Source of the DNA: Felis catus
Taxonomy: Eukaryota
DNA length: 64,000 nt
Assembly: GCF_018350175.1 (NCBI RefSeq)
Contig: NC_058368.1
Span: 2,852,001 to 2,916,000 of the forward strand
Direction: 5' to 3'
Part shown: one piece after another, positions 63,841-64,000 of the stretch
Layout: every line of letters starts with the position of its first letter
How positions within the stretch are numbered: the stretch's first letter is position 1
Notes under the pieces: generated by a model
Told to the model about the DNA's origin: nothing
What the model saw: only the letters and a program-made list of their open reading frames with translations
The model's database searches: none
Translations under genes and position numbers: made by a program

Positions 63841-64000
63841 TGTTATGCCCACAATTCGTGATCCCCAAAGACCACCAGGGAGCCGAGTCTGATGCAAAAG
63901 CAAAGAGCCTTTATTCAAGCTAGCTCGAGCTCAATCCCCTACCTGCACCGAGGCAGCGGTGAGATACCAGAGAGAGAGAGAGAGAGAGAGAGCGGGTTTC
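63841..64000 (-). mobile_element. 3' end (U5/R) of an ERV LTR, running off the window
   Basis: Abrupt start at TG (tgttatgccc = ...gggcataaCA on minus); tttatt (AATAAA on minus) about 70 bp inside; CpGs retained. Confidence 0.6.

Noticed and set aside
1..64000. CRISPR arrays, operons or prokaryote-type systems
   Set aside because: Sequence is mammalian; no regularly spaced repeat-spacer array or gene-dense segment seen

Overview
This is mammalian genomic DNA, almost certainly from a felid. It carries about 32 carnivore tRNA-derived SINEs (Can-SINE/SINEC; the youngest copies are the Felis-type GGGGCGCCTGGGTGGCGCAGTCGGTTAAG form), feline-type L1 3' ends, old L1M/L2/MIR/MaLR/ERVL/hAT remnants and the edge of an ERV LTR at the right end. 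I recognise no protein-coding gene, RNA gene or processed pseudogene. The ORF track reflects repeats, microsatellites and chance. SINEs (24 minus vs 8 plus), most L1 pieces and the best-supported LTRs point to the minus strand, suggesting the window is intronic to an unidentified + strand gene. The best leads are: (1) two frame-preserving + strand mini/micro-exon candidates at 46.4-46.65 kb; (2) two CpG-rich blocks (10.2-10.9 kb and 20.4-22.0 kb) with parallel architecture, one containing an L1 relic with A/T-to-G/C skewed divergence (possible GC-biased gene conversion scar); (3) a SINE whose CT tract has grown into a ~1.07 kb near-pure purine tract; (4) a SINE pair inside a single TSD; (5) two twin-primed L1 inversions and a multilayer nested-TE stack. 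I found no convincing novel multi-gene system. Repeat family names come from remembered consensus sequences and need Dfam/RepeatMasker confirmation. Boundaries are approximate unless a TSD is quoted.
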